64,000 bases of DNA from contig JAJRWT010000097.1 in assembly GCA_024276675.1 (NCBI GenBank), forward strand, positions 5,660 through 69,659. Reading direction: 5' to 3'. Both the position numbers and the translations under genes were made by a program. The notes under the pieces were generated by a model. That model did not search any database. It was given only the letters and a program-made list of their open reading frames with translations, and was not told the origin of the DNA. This document shows, piece after piece, positions 49,924-59,321 of this stretch; position 1 is the stretch's first letter; each line of letters begins with the position of its first letter. The DNA comes from Myxococcota bacterium (lineage in GTDB: Bacteria > Myxococcota_A > UBA796 > JAFGLY01).

Positions 49924-51669
49924 CTACTCGGCTCGATGTTCCGAGGGTGGCGTGGTGGGCTCCTGGGAAAGGTCGGTTGGCTCGGTGGGTGCTCCCGGTG
50001 GAGTATCCTGTTGCGAAGCGGAGGGTTCTCCGGCATCCAGGCAGCACCTGAAACCAAGGGTGGGATCGGCAAAGACTGCGGATTCATCCACTGAGAAGGC
50101 ACAGCGCGTACCCCGCAGTGCGTTGGCTTTCAAACCCCCTTTGGTCAACCTGCGACCGGACTTGCCACGCAACGGGGTTTGAATCCACTCCCGCATACCA
50201 CCGGAGAGATCGTATACGCCGTACCCGGAGATGCACCTGGGCATGGAACCGGAAACGAAGGATTTGCTCATTCCGGCGCCGCATATTGTCTGGTCGAACT
50301 GGTCGCCGTAGGAGTAGATGAGGTTGCCCGGTCCCTTGCAGGCCTTTTCCCATTCCAGCTCGGAACAAAGACGCTTGCCCCGTTCTTCGCAGGACCTGGC
50401 GGCGTCTTTCCACGAGATTCTTGACAGGGCACGTTGGCCCCTGACATTGGGGTACTCGAAACGGTCCATGTAGAAGGCATCTACATTGGTCACCTGTGCC
50501 AGGGGCTCGGACATGGTTGCGCCGGAAACAGACATGTCCACGCTTTCGGTCTTCAGGCGCCCATGTATGAAAGTACCCTCTGGAATGTAGACCATGTCGG
50601 GATGCAGGTCCAGCATGGCCTTGACTTCTTCGTCGGAGGGAAGTGGGTTGTTGGCCTGGACCTGGGTCCGCAGCAGCTCGTCGAAGCGCCTGGCATCGAC
50701 CAGGGGGTCGGGCTTTTCCTTGGTTAGCACGTAGGCCCCTGCCGCGACCACGACCACCACGGCAACGGCGATCCCGATGAGGATGTTCCTTATGGAACCG
50801 CTCATGCCCCCCTGCTGCATTTCCAACGAGAATGAGCGCTGGATGTCGTTGATCATATCACGAGGGGCGGGGAAACGATCCTCGGGGTTGTGTGCCAGGG
50901 CGATCTCAACGATGTCGTCCATGTGTTCAGGCAGGTCGTCCCGGAGCTGCGTGGGGGCCAGGTAGGTACCCATTGGACGCTGGCCACAAAGCAACTCGTA
51001 GAGAATCACGCCGACGGAGTAGACATCGGCGGGCGGGCCGCCTTCCTGGTGGAACCCGGACAGCTCCGGCGCCAGGTAGGGGGCATCGGCACGGCTCACG
51101 AAGCTCTCGGCAAAGATTGTGGGGCTCACCAGGCCCGCCAATCCAAGCCCCGAGACCTTGATTGTATGAACGACCTTGGCGTTGCCGGCAGGCCCGGTTT
51201 TTTTGGTCTGCACAAGGATGTTTTCGGGCTTGAGGTTGCGGTGGATGAGGTTGTTCCTGTGGCCCACCTCGGCAGCTTCCAGGACCGAGATGACGATCTG
51301 GCAGGCTTCATGTAAGGTAAAGCTGCGTTTTTCGGAAATATAGCTGTTGATCAGTTGCCGTAGGGATTCACCCTCGAAGTATTCTTCGGTGATGAAGATG
51401 TGGTCGCCGTGCCTACCCAGTTCTCCGAAGCGAATGAGCAGCTCGTGCCTGATACCCCTGGCTCGTTCAAAGAGTTCCTTCAGGCGAGTTCGATCTCGCT
51501 TGGTGGCGATCAGGTTCGAACGGAAGAACTTGATGACAACCTTTTTCCCGGAAGTGATGTGTTGGGCGAGATAGGAATGCGCCAACATTCCATCACCCAG
51601 AAAACGATGGATTTCGTATTTTCTGGCGATGACATCACCGCGGGCGAAGCGCTTCTGCTGCTGGCTCAC
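49924..51669 (-). CDS. Ser/Thr pseudokinase - TM - FGE-sulfatase (SUMF1) domain protein
   Basis: VVIK, HRNLKPEN, YLAPE, DVYSVG; TM; FYMDRFEYPN, KRLCSELEWEKAC, YDLSGGMREW, GFRCC. Confidence 0.85.
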   Translation of the reverse strand: MSQQQKRFARGDVIARKYEIHRFLGDGMLAHSYLAQHITSGKKVVIKFFRSNLIATKRDRTRLKELFERARGIRHELLIRFGELGRHGDHIFITEEYFEGESLRQLINSYISEKRSFTLHEACQIVISVLEAAEVGHRNNLIHRNLKPENILVQTKKTGPAGNAKVVHTIKVSGLGLAGLVSPTIFAESFVSRADAPYLAPELSGFHQEGGPPADVYSVGVILYELLCGQRPMGTYLAPTQLRDDLPEHMDDIVEIALAHNPEDRFPAPRDMINDIQRSFSLEMQQGGMSGSIRNILIGIAVAVVVVVAAGAYVLTKEKPDPLVDARRFDELLRTQVQANNPLPSDEEVKAMLDLHPDMVYIPEGTFIHGRLKTESVDMSVSGATMSEPLAQVTNVDAFYMDRFEYPNVRGQRALSRISWKDAARSCEERGKRLCSELEWEKACKGPGNLIYSYGDQFDQTICGAGMSKSFVSGSMPRCISGYGVYDLSGGMREWIQTPLRGKSGRRLTKGGLKANALRGTRCAFSVDESAVFADPTLGFRCCLDAGEPSASQQDTPPGAPTEPTDLSQEPTTPPSEHRAE

Positions 51670-51891
51670 GGGCACTCCTTTTGGTTTTTGCAACGCAGGT
51701 CATCTGCAATCATGGGTGGAACGAACCGAACCGTATCATGTTGAGGCACATCAGAACAACGGGCAGTATCCACGTTCTACCGCAACCTTGTCGTCAGGCA
51801 TCACTGCTTTTCGGGGATCCACTGTTCAGAATTGCCGGACAACCACCGCTACCACGAATGTCTGCCTACGGGCATGACCTCGCGAGGTACC

Positions 51892-53655
51892 ATGGAGCCT
51901 GTGCTAATCGCGGAAATTCATGTTGATGAACTACCTCTGGATGCCGGTTGTTCCTGGCTCGGAACGGCGCGCCTCCTGTTGGAGATAGCATCGGCGGCAG
52001 AGTCGGTTGGGGCCAGGCTCACCTTTCGCTTCAGGAAACGCTTTGCCGCCGAGGCCGCACGCCAGGGGAGCGGCAACGTCTTGCGGCTGCTGGAAGAGCA
52101 GGGCCACGAAGTGGGCACCCACTGCCACGGACGCTCCCTTGGACGCAGCAGGAAGGCAGTCGACGCCTGCGGAGTGGACAATCGAGGAGTGTCACCCGGC
52201 ATGGTACAGGCTGGCAGGCGCTACGGTCGACTCTTCGACAGGGCAGCGGCCCTGGGCTTCGCCTGGATGACGGATTCACCTCCCCTAAGGGTATGGAGTG
52301 CTGCCGGATTGCTGCCGTGGGTACCAGGCAGGGGCTACTCCTCCTTTCGCAATCCCCTGGGCATGGTGAGCGTGGAGGTCAGCGTGAGTCCCTTCGACTG
52401 GGGAATACTCTTTCGAAAGAATGGCAAGGTGGAGCATGGCTTCCGCGTCGGGCACAAGGATTTCCGGGCTCTCGCATCACTGCTGGAAAGGCACAGACGG
52501 CGTGAGATGCCCTGGCCCTGGCGCAGCTATTTCTGCTTCACCATGCACGAGCACAACTTCTGTGCTCCCGGGAGCACACGCCCGTGCAGCTCGTCCCTGG
52601 ATGCCTTTGCCGACTTTTTGACCGGGGCCAGGGTGGTGACGGCGGGAAGGGTTGCCTCCTGGTGCTGGGAGCATGGCGTGGCGGAATGCCGGGAGCAATC
52701 CCGGTCCGGAACACATGGTCTCTCCAGCAAAGCCCCACGGCTTGTCGCTCTGAAGCCTTCAGCCGTGGCAACTCCCTGCCGTAGATTTGCCCACCGCGGA
52801 ATGGCCCTGGCTGCCGGCATCGCCGCCAGGACCATTAACGTGAAGGTGGGGAGCGATGCCTTGCACGCCAGGTGGCATGGGCCATCCCGACCCCTGGCCG
52901 TCCTGTTGATCTCTCACGCCGGCAAACGGGGAGGCACAACCCTCGCCGGTCAACCCTGGGGGCTGCGATTCCAGAGACTCGCCAGCCAGGGAGTGGCCGT
53001 GGTCACCTGGGACCGACGAGGCACGGGGAGAAGCCGAAAACCTGGCCAGGACGTCGACCTGGCTCCCGGAAACCCGCTCCATGTGGCAGACTTTCAAGCC
53101 GTGTTCGACGAAGTGGAAGAAAGGTTGAAGAGGCTTCTCGCCACGAATCCCCCGAGCCCCGGACAAAGTCTTCCGCCCATCGGTGTGCTTTCGTTTTCCA
53201 GCGGAGTTCTTCCACCCCTGCGAGCCCGGCGTCCCATGGCCTTCTTGATGGACACGGAAGCACCGGCGGACCGTTGGTCTCTCCTGCCACCCGAGACAGG
53301 CCCGGCGGCCCCAGGCAGCCTGGCACACCTGTCGCTGATGGAAGACAGCGCCTGGGAAGGCCGAGAACCCGTTGCCCTCGTGGGGCGGATTCGATGCCCC
53401 TACCACCGGCTTCAGGCCAGGGTGGACCATGTCCATGGCCGATTACACCTGCACGCCTTCTTGATGCTGGAAGCAGCCTTGATGGGCAAGGCACCCGAAA
53501 TCCGTCTGAACGGCGGCAGGTTCCCGTGGAACCGAAGCCTGTTGCCGGGCAGGATCCACCAGAACAGCCGCCTGGTTCACGGGTGGATATGGGACGAAAT
53601 CGAAAGGGCCAGGAACAGGGTAGACCACCTGTCCCACCACGTACGAAGAGCATGA
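51892..53655 (+). CDS. Putative deacetylase-like (NodB/CE4-type) domain fused to alpha/beta hydrolase
   Basis: EIHVDE, GHEVGTHCH, TMHEHNF; then VVTWDRRGTGRS, SFSSG, DHVH. Confidence 0.5.
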   Translation: MEPVLIAEIHVDELPLDAGCSWLGTARLLLEIASAAESVGARLTFRFRKRFAAEAARQGSGNVLRLLEEQGHEVGTHCHGRSLGRSRKAVDACGVDNRGVSPGMVQAGRRYGRLFDRAAALGFAWMTDSPPLRVWSAAGLLPWVPGRGYSSFRNPLGMVSVEVSVSPFDWGILFRKNGKVEHGFRVGHKDFRALASLLERHRRREMPWPWRSYFCFTMHEHNFCAPGSTRPCSSSLDAFADFLTGARVVTAGRVASWCWEHGVAECREQSRSGTHGLSSKAPRLVALKPSAVATPCRRFAHRGMALAAGIAARTINVKVGSDALHARWHGPSRPLAVLLISHAGKRGGTTLAGQPWGLRFQRLASQGVAVVTWDRRGTGRSRKPGQDVDLAPGNPLHVADFQAVFDEVEERLKRLLATNPPSPGQSLPPIGVLSFSSGVLPPLRARRPMAFLMDTEAPADRWSLLPPETGPAAPGSLAHLSLMEDSAWEGREPVALVGRIRCPYHRLQARVDHVHGRLHLHAFLMLEAALMGKAPEIRLNGGRFPWNRSLLPGRIHQNSRLVHGWIWDEIERARNRVDHLSHHVRRA

Positions 53656-53689
53656 CGGGCGCGAAGAGCCCCCCGGAACCCCGTGGACG

Positions 53690-55228
53690 CTATTCTCCTT
53701 CGCTGGGAGACAGGCTGATATTCACGTTTTCCAGGCTTTCCGTGGTTATGGTGAGCCGGCCATCCTCGCCGCCCGCCGCGGTGCCCGTGGGCTCGCCAGG
53801 CTCGTTGGCCACGTCGTTGGGCTCCATGTCGGCCACTGCCCACATGTATACCAGGGAATTGGCAGGCACGTAGACGGTGTAGTCCAGTTCATCCCGGCCC
53901 GCCCAGTCCTCTGGCTGGAATACCACGGTATCGTAGGAATCTTCGATTTCTTCAAGGGAGAGATTCCCGTTGGGGCGGTACTTCAGGGCGACCACGTATA
54001 TGATTGTTTCGCCGTCGTAGGTTTCGAAGCTCTCGAACAACTCGTCGAAGGTTCCGCCGTCGTCCGATGGCCGTATCACGCCCTGGATGGTGACGAAGGG
54101 GACGACGCTCAAGCCGCCTTCCGTCGTGGGAATCTGTATATTGCGATCCAGAAGATCCGTGGTTTCCACGAGGATGGGATTGGCCGAGGCACCGCCTTCG
54201 ACGTACTCGCCCCAGGTGTCTGATGGATCCAGCAGGTTGTTGCCGTTGGAATCCCAGGCAGCTTGCAGGTTCATCTCACCGTAGGCTTCCGAGGCGCAGA
54301 TCTGGTACTCCGCTGTGGCACCATCGCCCGTGGGCACCAGGTCCAGGGCTCCGGAGGTCTCGTAGGGGCCATTGTTGTCGGTGTCCAGGAGCATGGCCAT
54401 GACCAGGTCGCCTTCCTCGACGTAGATGTCCTGCACTCGTACCGTTCCCAGGATCCCGGTTCCGTAGCACCAGTCCGGGCCGCCACCACCCTCGGCGGTG
54501 TCTGTTCCGCCGATGCCCGAATCACCGCCGCCGCCGCCGCCGCCATTGTTGCCGGTATCGCCGCCACCGCCGCCACCGCCGCCGCCGCCGCCGTTGTTGC
54601 CGGTATCGTCGCCGCCGCCACCGCCGCCGCCGCCGGACCAGCTTATTTGGGCGAGAACTTCGATGTCTATGCCATCCACGCTTTCGCCGTCTTCCACGAC
54701 GACTGGTTCAGGATAGAGACCCAGGGGATCGAAGCTGCCGATGATATGGTCGTCGTCCTGGTCCAGGACTGCCGTGACCATCAGGCTTTCTTCGCCGGCG
54801 GCGAAGACATCCAACTGGTAGGCATCTCCGGACGTGGAGGGACTCGAGATGGTGTAGGAGGCGTAGTAGGTGGTTTCGCCGGTTTCGGAGTCCTGGGCAT
54901 AGGCGGTCACAAAGATGGAGCCAAAGGGAAAGGCTGCTCCGTAGACCGAGCTGTACTCGTCCCAGGAAACGTACTCGACATCGCCGTCGTCGTTCAGGTA
55001 GTAGAGCTGTACCTGCACCATGCCCGACAAGAACCCGTCCATGTTCGTGTCGGAGCCAGTTCCGGAATCCTGGCAGGTATCGAAGATGAAGGTGTCGCCC
55101 GTATCTGAAGAACTGCTGTCTCCGCTCAAGCCGGCGGTGTCCTTGGCGACGTCGTCGTTGCACCCATCACAACCGCTGAAAAGCAGCACAAAGGGAAGTA
55201 AGTTGACAATGGTGGATCGTGTTGCCAT
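53690..55228 (-). CDS. Acidic lipoprotein with three repeated beta domains and poly-Gly linker
   Basis: Lipobox FSGC; AVLDQDDDHIIG / AAWDSNGNNLLD / AVADMEPNDVAN repeats; GGAGG RBS. Confidence 0.7.
   Translation of the reverse strand: MATRSTIVNLLPFVLLFSGCDGCNDDVAKDTAGLSGDSSSSDTGDTFIFDTCQDSGTGSDTNMDGFLSGMVQVQLYYLNDDGDVEYVSWDEYSSVYGAAFPFGSIFVTAYAQDSETGETTYYASYTISSPSTSGDAYQLDVFAAGEESLMVTAVLDQDDDHIIGSFDPLGLYPEPVVVEDGESVDGIDIEVLAQISWSGGGGGGGGDDTGNNGGGGGGGGGGGDTGNNGGGGGGGDSGIGGTDTAEGGGGPDWCYGTGILGTVRVQDIYVEEGDLVMAMLLDTDNNGPYETSGALDLVPTGDGATAEYQICASEAYGEMNLQAAWDSNGNNLLDPSDTWGEYVEGGASANPILVETTDLLDRNIQIPTTEGGLSVVPFVTIQGVIRPSDDGGTFDELFESFETYDGETIIYVVALKYRPNGNLSLEEIEDSYDTVVFQPEDWAGRDELDYTVYVPANSLVYMWAVADMEPNDVANEPGEPTGTAAGGEDGRLTITTESLENVNISLSPSEGE
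54524..54634 (-). repeat. Coding GGC repeat: poly-Gly tracts separated by DTGNN
   Basis: Tandem ccg/cca runs separated by ttgttgccggtatcg twice. Confidence 0.9.
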
Positions 55229-55422
55229 GTTCCTGCCTCCTGCAACCGGGCCACTGGCCGTGGAGATGGGGATGAAGTACGGCTCATCCATGGGCGTTTT
55301 GACAGGTATTTTACGCCTGATTTCCCGCGAATACAAAGGAAACTTGCGCTTCTTTCGCGATTTGAAACGAATTTCCGCATGGGATCGCAGTTCTCGTACT
55401 GCTCCTTCATGGGGGCAACTAA

Positions 55423-56604
55423 ATGCGTATACTGCCCTGCAAGCTGGAACCCTACGCGATCTCCGTCTTCACGGAGATGAGCGCGATGGCGCAGCAACAC
55501 GGTGCCATCAATCTTTCCCAGGGCTTCCCGGATTTCGAAGGGCCGGACTTCATCGTGGATGCCGCCGTGGCCGCCATGCGTGCGGGGCTCAACCAATATG
55601 CGCCAAGTCATGGAATCCCCGAATTGCGCAAAGCCGTGGCGGCCAAAATGGAACGTTTGTACGGGCTCTCTCCCGATCCCCAGGAAGAAGTCACGGTGTT
55701 CAGCGGCGCCACCGAGGCCATCTTCTCCACCATACAGGGCCTCTGCCAAGCCGGAGATGAAGTACTCGCATTCGAACCCTTCTACGATTCCTGCGCTCCC
55801 GCCGCCGTCATGGCCGGAGCTGAATTCAAGGCCGTCTCCCTTGGTTCCGGCTTTGCGCTGGACATGGAAGCCCTGGAACGTTCCGTCACCGACCGCACCA
55901 GGCTTCTGCTCTTGAATACACCCATGAACCCCACAGGAAAGGTCTTCCACGAGGCAGAACTCTCGGCCATAGCCCAATTCTGCATCTCCCGCGGCATAAT
56001 CGTGATCACAGACGAGGTCTACGAACACCTGGTATTCAACGGCGCCAGGCATGTCCCAATGGCCACGCTGCCCGGCATGTGGGAGCAGACGGTCACCATC
56101 TCGTCCACCGCCAAGACTTTCAGCATGACTGGCTGGAAGATCGGCTACGCGGTGGCGCCGCCGGCCCTGGGCAGGGCCATCCGCATGGCACACCACTATG
56201 TGACCTTCTGCACTCCAGCGGCACTTCAGCACGCCATGGCCCTGGCCATCGACGTATCCGACGACTATTACCCCGTCCTGCGTGCCCAGTACCAGGCACG
56301 GCGCGACCTGCTCAGGTCGATCCTGGAAGCCGCGGGGCTCGACGTGGTCACTCCGGAAGGCTGCTATTTCATGCTGGCCGACTTTCGGCCGCTGGGCTTT
56401 GACGATGATCGGGAGTTCTGTCGCTTCCTCACCACCGAAATCGGCGTGGCAGCCATCCCCGCCAGCGCCTTCTTTCAAACACCCGGCGCGGGAAGCCATC
56501 TTGCCAGGTTTGCGTTCTGCAAGGATCTGGAGACCCTGAAGAAGGCGGGAGAGCGACTTTCGAGATTGAACAGAATTGGCCCTCCAAAAACAGAGCTGGA
56601 CTGA
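55423..56604 (+). CDS. PLP aminotransferase class I/II (YbdL/DapC-like)
   Basis: AINLSQGFPDF, NTPMNPTG, DEVYEH, STAKTFSMTGWKIG. Confidence 0.92.
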   Translation: MRILPCKLEPYAISVFTEMSAMAQQHGAINLSQGFPDFEGPDFIVDAAVAAMRAGLNQYAPSHGIPELRKAVAAKMERLYGLSPDPQEEVTVFSGATEAIFSTIQGLCQAGDEVLAFEPFYDSCAPAAVMAGAEFKAVSLGSGFALDMEALERSVTDRTRLLLLNTPMNPTGKVFHEAELSAIAQFCISRGIIVITDEVYEHLVFNGARHVPMATLPGMWEQTVTISSTAKTFSMTGWKIGYAVAPPALGRAIRMAHHYVTFCTPAALQHAMALAIDVSDDYYPVLRAQYQARRDLLRSILEAAGLDVVTPEGCYFMLADFRPLGFDDDREFCRFLTTEIGVAAIPASAFFQTPGAGSHLARFAFCKDLETLKKAGERLSRLNRIGPPKTELD

Positions 56605-57065
56605 TGTTCGAAACACGATTCAAGATACGCGCGACCCAGTTGGACACCTTTGGCCACCTCAACCACGCTGCTTTCCTGGAGATCTTCGAGTGGGCCCGCT
56701 GGGAGTGGGCCGTGGCCGGCGGACCCGACCCCATGCGCATGGTCCAGGAACAGGGCATCGGTCCCGCCATCGTCCACGTTGACATCCATTTCAGCAAAGA
56801 AGTCCGCTTTCACGAAACGGTGCTGGTCAAGACCTGGTTCAAGGAACTGGGAAAACGAAGGGGCGTCATCGGGCAGGAGATGCTCAAACCCGACGGGTCC
56901 CTGGCATCGCGGGCCACCATCACCTTCGTGATGCTCAACCTGAAGACCCGAAAGATGGACCGGATACCCGAAGAGATGCGTGCCATGTACCAGGCCGACG
57001 AGCCCTACCGTAGACTACGGGCCAGCGCCAGAAGAGGAATCTCCGTGGGCAACACCCATGGCTGA
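56604..57065 (+). CDS. Hotdog-fold acyl-CoA thioesterase (4HBT/YbgC)
   Basis: LDTFGHLNHAAFLEIFEWAR. Confidence 0.88.
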   Translation: MFETRFKIRATQLDTFGHLNHAAFLEIFEWARWEWAVAGGPDPMRMVQEQGIGPAIVHVDIHFSKEVRFHETVLVKTWFKELGKRRGVIGQEMLKPDGSLASRATITFVMLNLKTRKMDRIPEEMRAMYQADEPYRRLRASARRGISVGNTHG

Positions 57066-57143
57066 CGACGGCGAGCGGCACAAAGGTCTGCCGGGATAGA
57101 TGATACCAGGCTTCCAGGGTACTCCTCCATCCCGAGGTCAGTG

Positions 57144-57710
57144 ATGAGTGAAACAGTCCGTTTTCTGGTGGGCGAAAACGTCTACCTGCGCCCCATCGAG
57201 CCATCGGATCTGCAACGATGCCAGCTATGGATCAACGATCCCCAGGTTCGCCGCTACCTGCTGGCCGTCTTCCCCTTCGATCAGAAGGCTGAGCAGGCCT
57301 GGCACGACAGCCTCCACCGCTCCCCACCTCCGGCCTCCGTGGTGCTGGCGATAATACTCTCCAAGGGCGACCGCCACGTGGGCAACACCGGCTTCGTGTC
57401 CATCGACTGGGTAAACCGCGTGGCCGAGACGGGCACCATGATCGGTGAGCTGGACTGCTGGGGCAAAGGCGTTGCCTTCGAGGCCAAGCAGCTTCTGTTG
57501 GACTATGGCTTCAACACCCTTGGCCTGCACCGTATCCAGTCCCGCACCCTGGCCCCGAATCATCGCAGCAGGGCCCACCTGCTGCGCTCCGGCTATCGTG
57601 AAGAGGGCCGCAGGCTCAAGCGCCACTTCCGCGAGGGAGCCTGGCACGACGAAGTCCTGTTCGGCCTGCTCCGCGAGGATTGGAACCCCGAAACACGGGG
57701 TGCGGGATGA
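57144..57710 (+). CDS. GNAT N-acetyltransferase (RimJ/RimL type)
   Basis: VYLRPIE, WGKGVAFEA, GFNTLGLHRI, GYREEG. Confidence 0.88.
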   Translation: MSETVRFLVGENVYLRPIEPSDLQRCQLWINDPQVRRYLLAVFPFDQKAEQAWHDSLHRSPPPASVVLAIILSKGDRHVGNTGFVSIDWVNRVAETGTMIGELDCWGKGVAFEAKQLLLDYGFNTLGLHRIQSRTLAPNHRSRAHLLRSGYREEGRRLKRHFREGAWHDEVLFGLLREDWNPETRGAG

Positions 57711-57783
57711 GTGGGTTATACTCGTGACCTGACGAGCAACTGCTTTCCTCCCTGCCATAACGCATTACCAACGGAGCCCCTCC

Positions 57784-59304
57784 ATGCGACTCTTGCCCCG
57801 GACGACCACCGCGATCATCTCCACCCTGGCCGGGCTGGCGGCTTGCAACGGCAGCGAGCCCGACGACACCTTTCTCCCCGACACCGGCACCGGCGTCGAA
57901 CCGGGCACAGCCGACCTGCAGGTGGGCGAAATCGCCGACATGGTCTCCGAGGACTCCGGGGTATGGGCCCAGATCCTGAACCCCGGCACCTACATAGTGA
58001 TCCTGGCAAGCTCCGCGGAAGAACAGGGCACCCTCTACGGCTATGGCGAACAGGCCAAGTCGGCCGCTCGCGTGGATCCGGCAACTCCCAGGCCCGCTCG
58101 CCCGATGCCCTCCGCCACGCCCGCGCCCCCGCTTCAAGTGGGCGACACGCGTGAATTCACCGTCTACAACGGCACGCAGATGACCACCATCGAAGCCGAG
58201 GTCATGCAGCTCTCCGACAACGTGGTGGTATGGGTGGACCAGACCACCCCCAACGAAATCGGCGACATCGACATGGACACCATCGACGGCGTGCTGACCG
58301 ACTTCGAGTCCATCGTGATCCCCCGCGAGGAACGGATCTTCGGCGAGATCTCCGACGTTGACGACGATGGCCGACTGGCGGTGCTGCTCTCCTACACCGT
58401 CAACATGTACGGCGCCCAGGCCTATGTCACCTGGTGCGACATCGGCGTCACGGATGGCTGTTGGTCCAACAACGGGGGCGAGATCATCTACCTGTCCATC
58501 CCGGACCCCGACGACTCCTACTCCAGCGTCGACGCAATCGTGGAAACCGTCGCCCACGAGCTGAACCACCTGATCTACGCCTACCACAAGTACGTACTCC
58601 AGGGCAGCACCAGCGCATCCGAAAACGTCTACGTCACCGAAGGCTGGAGCGCCATGGCCCAGGATCTCACGGGTTACAACAACGGCAACCAGTACGTCTG
58701 GGCCGCGGCAATGGACATGTCCGACTTCTACGGAAGCGACGACTACTCCATCCAGGCGGTGAGCCTCAACGATATCCTCCGGGGAAGCTCCTACTACGAC
58801 TACGACCGCGACGGCTCCCTGCGCGGCGCCGCCTACCTCTTCCTGCGCTACCTCTTCGAGCAGGCGGGCAGCATGAGCGTCGAGGCCGATGGTACCCTGG
58901 TGGACCAGGGCGGCATGACCTGGATCCAGGACTGGTTCGACACCCCCGAAGAAGGCGTCGAGGCCGTCGAGGCCACCACCGGCATGGACCTGTGGGAGGC
59001 TGCCCTGGACTGGTACACCGCCCTGGTGGTGACCGGCAGGGGCATCAATGACGATCCCGTCTACAACTACGAAGACCGGGTGGAGGATCCCCTCACCGGC
59101 TACGAGTTCGGGATCGACCCCTACGACACCATCCACGGCTGGTTGGAACTCACGGGTCCAAAGGTCCAGCTCCTGGAAGAAGCCGATGGCGAGGTTCGCG
59201 CCGGCGGAGTCGATTACCTCCAGGTCACCCTGGACGAAGGCCTCTTCGAGTTGGCCGTGGATTCGGGAGCTGCGCCGATGGCGAGACTTCTACGTATCGA
59301 GTAG
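57784..59304 (+). CDS. Zn-metallopeptidase lipoprotein (M30/hyicolysin-like)
   Basis: Lipobox LAAC; FGEISDVDDDGR; TVAHELNHLI (HExxH) and downstream TEGWS. Confidence 0.78.
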   Translation: MRLLPRTTTAIISTLAGLAACNGSEPDDTFLPDTGTGVEPGTADLQVGEIADMVSEDSGVWAQILNPGTYIVILASSAEEQGTLYGYGEQAKSAARVDPATPRPARPMPSATPAPPLQVGDTREFTVYNGTQMTTIEAEVMQLSDNVVVWVDQTTPNEIGDIDMDTIDGVLTDFESIVIPREERIFGEISDVDDDGRLAVLLSYTVNMYGAQAYVTWCDIGVTDGCWSNNGGEIIYLSIPDPDDSYSSVDAIVETVAHELNHLIYAYHKYVLQGSTSASENVYVTEGWSAMAQDLTGYNNGNQYVWAAAMDMSDFYGSDDYSIQAVSLNDILRGSSYYDYDRDGSLRGAAYLFLRYLFEQAGSMSVEADGTLVDQGGMTWIQDWFDTPEEGVEAVEATTGMDLWEAALDWYTALVVTGRGINDDPVYNYEDRVEDPLTGYEFGIDPYDTIHGWLELTGPKVQLLEEADGEVRAGGVDYLQVTLDEGLFELAVDSGAAPMARLLRIE

Positions 59305-59321
59305 CCAGACCCGAGCCCGCA

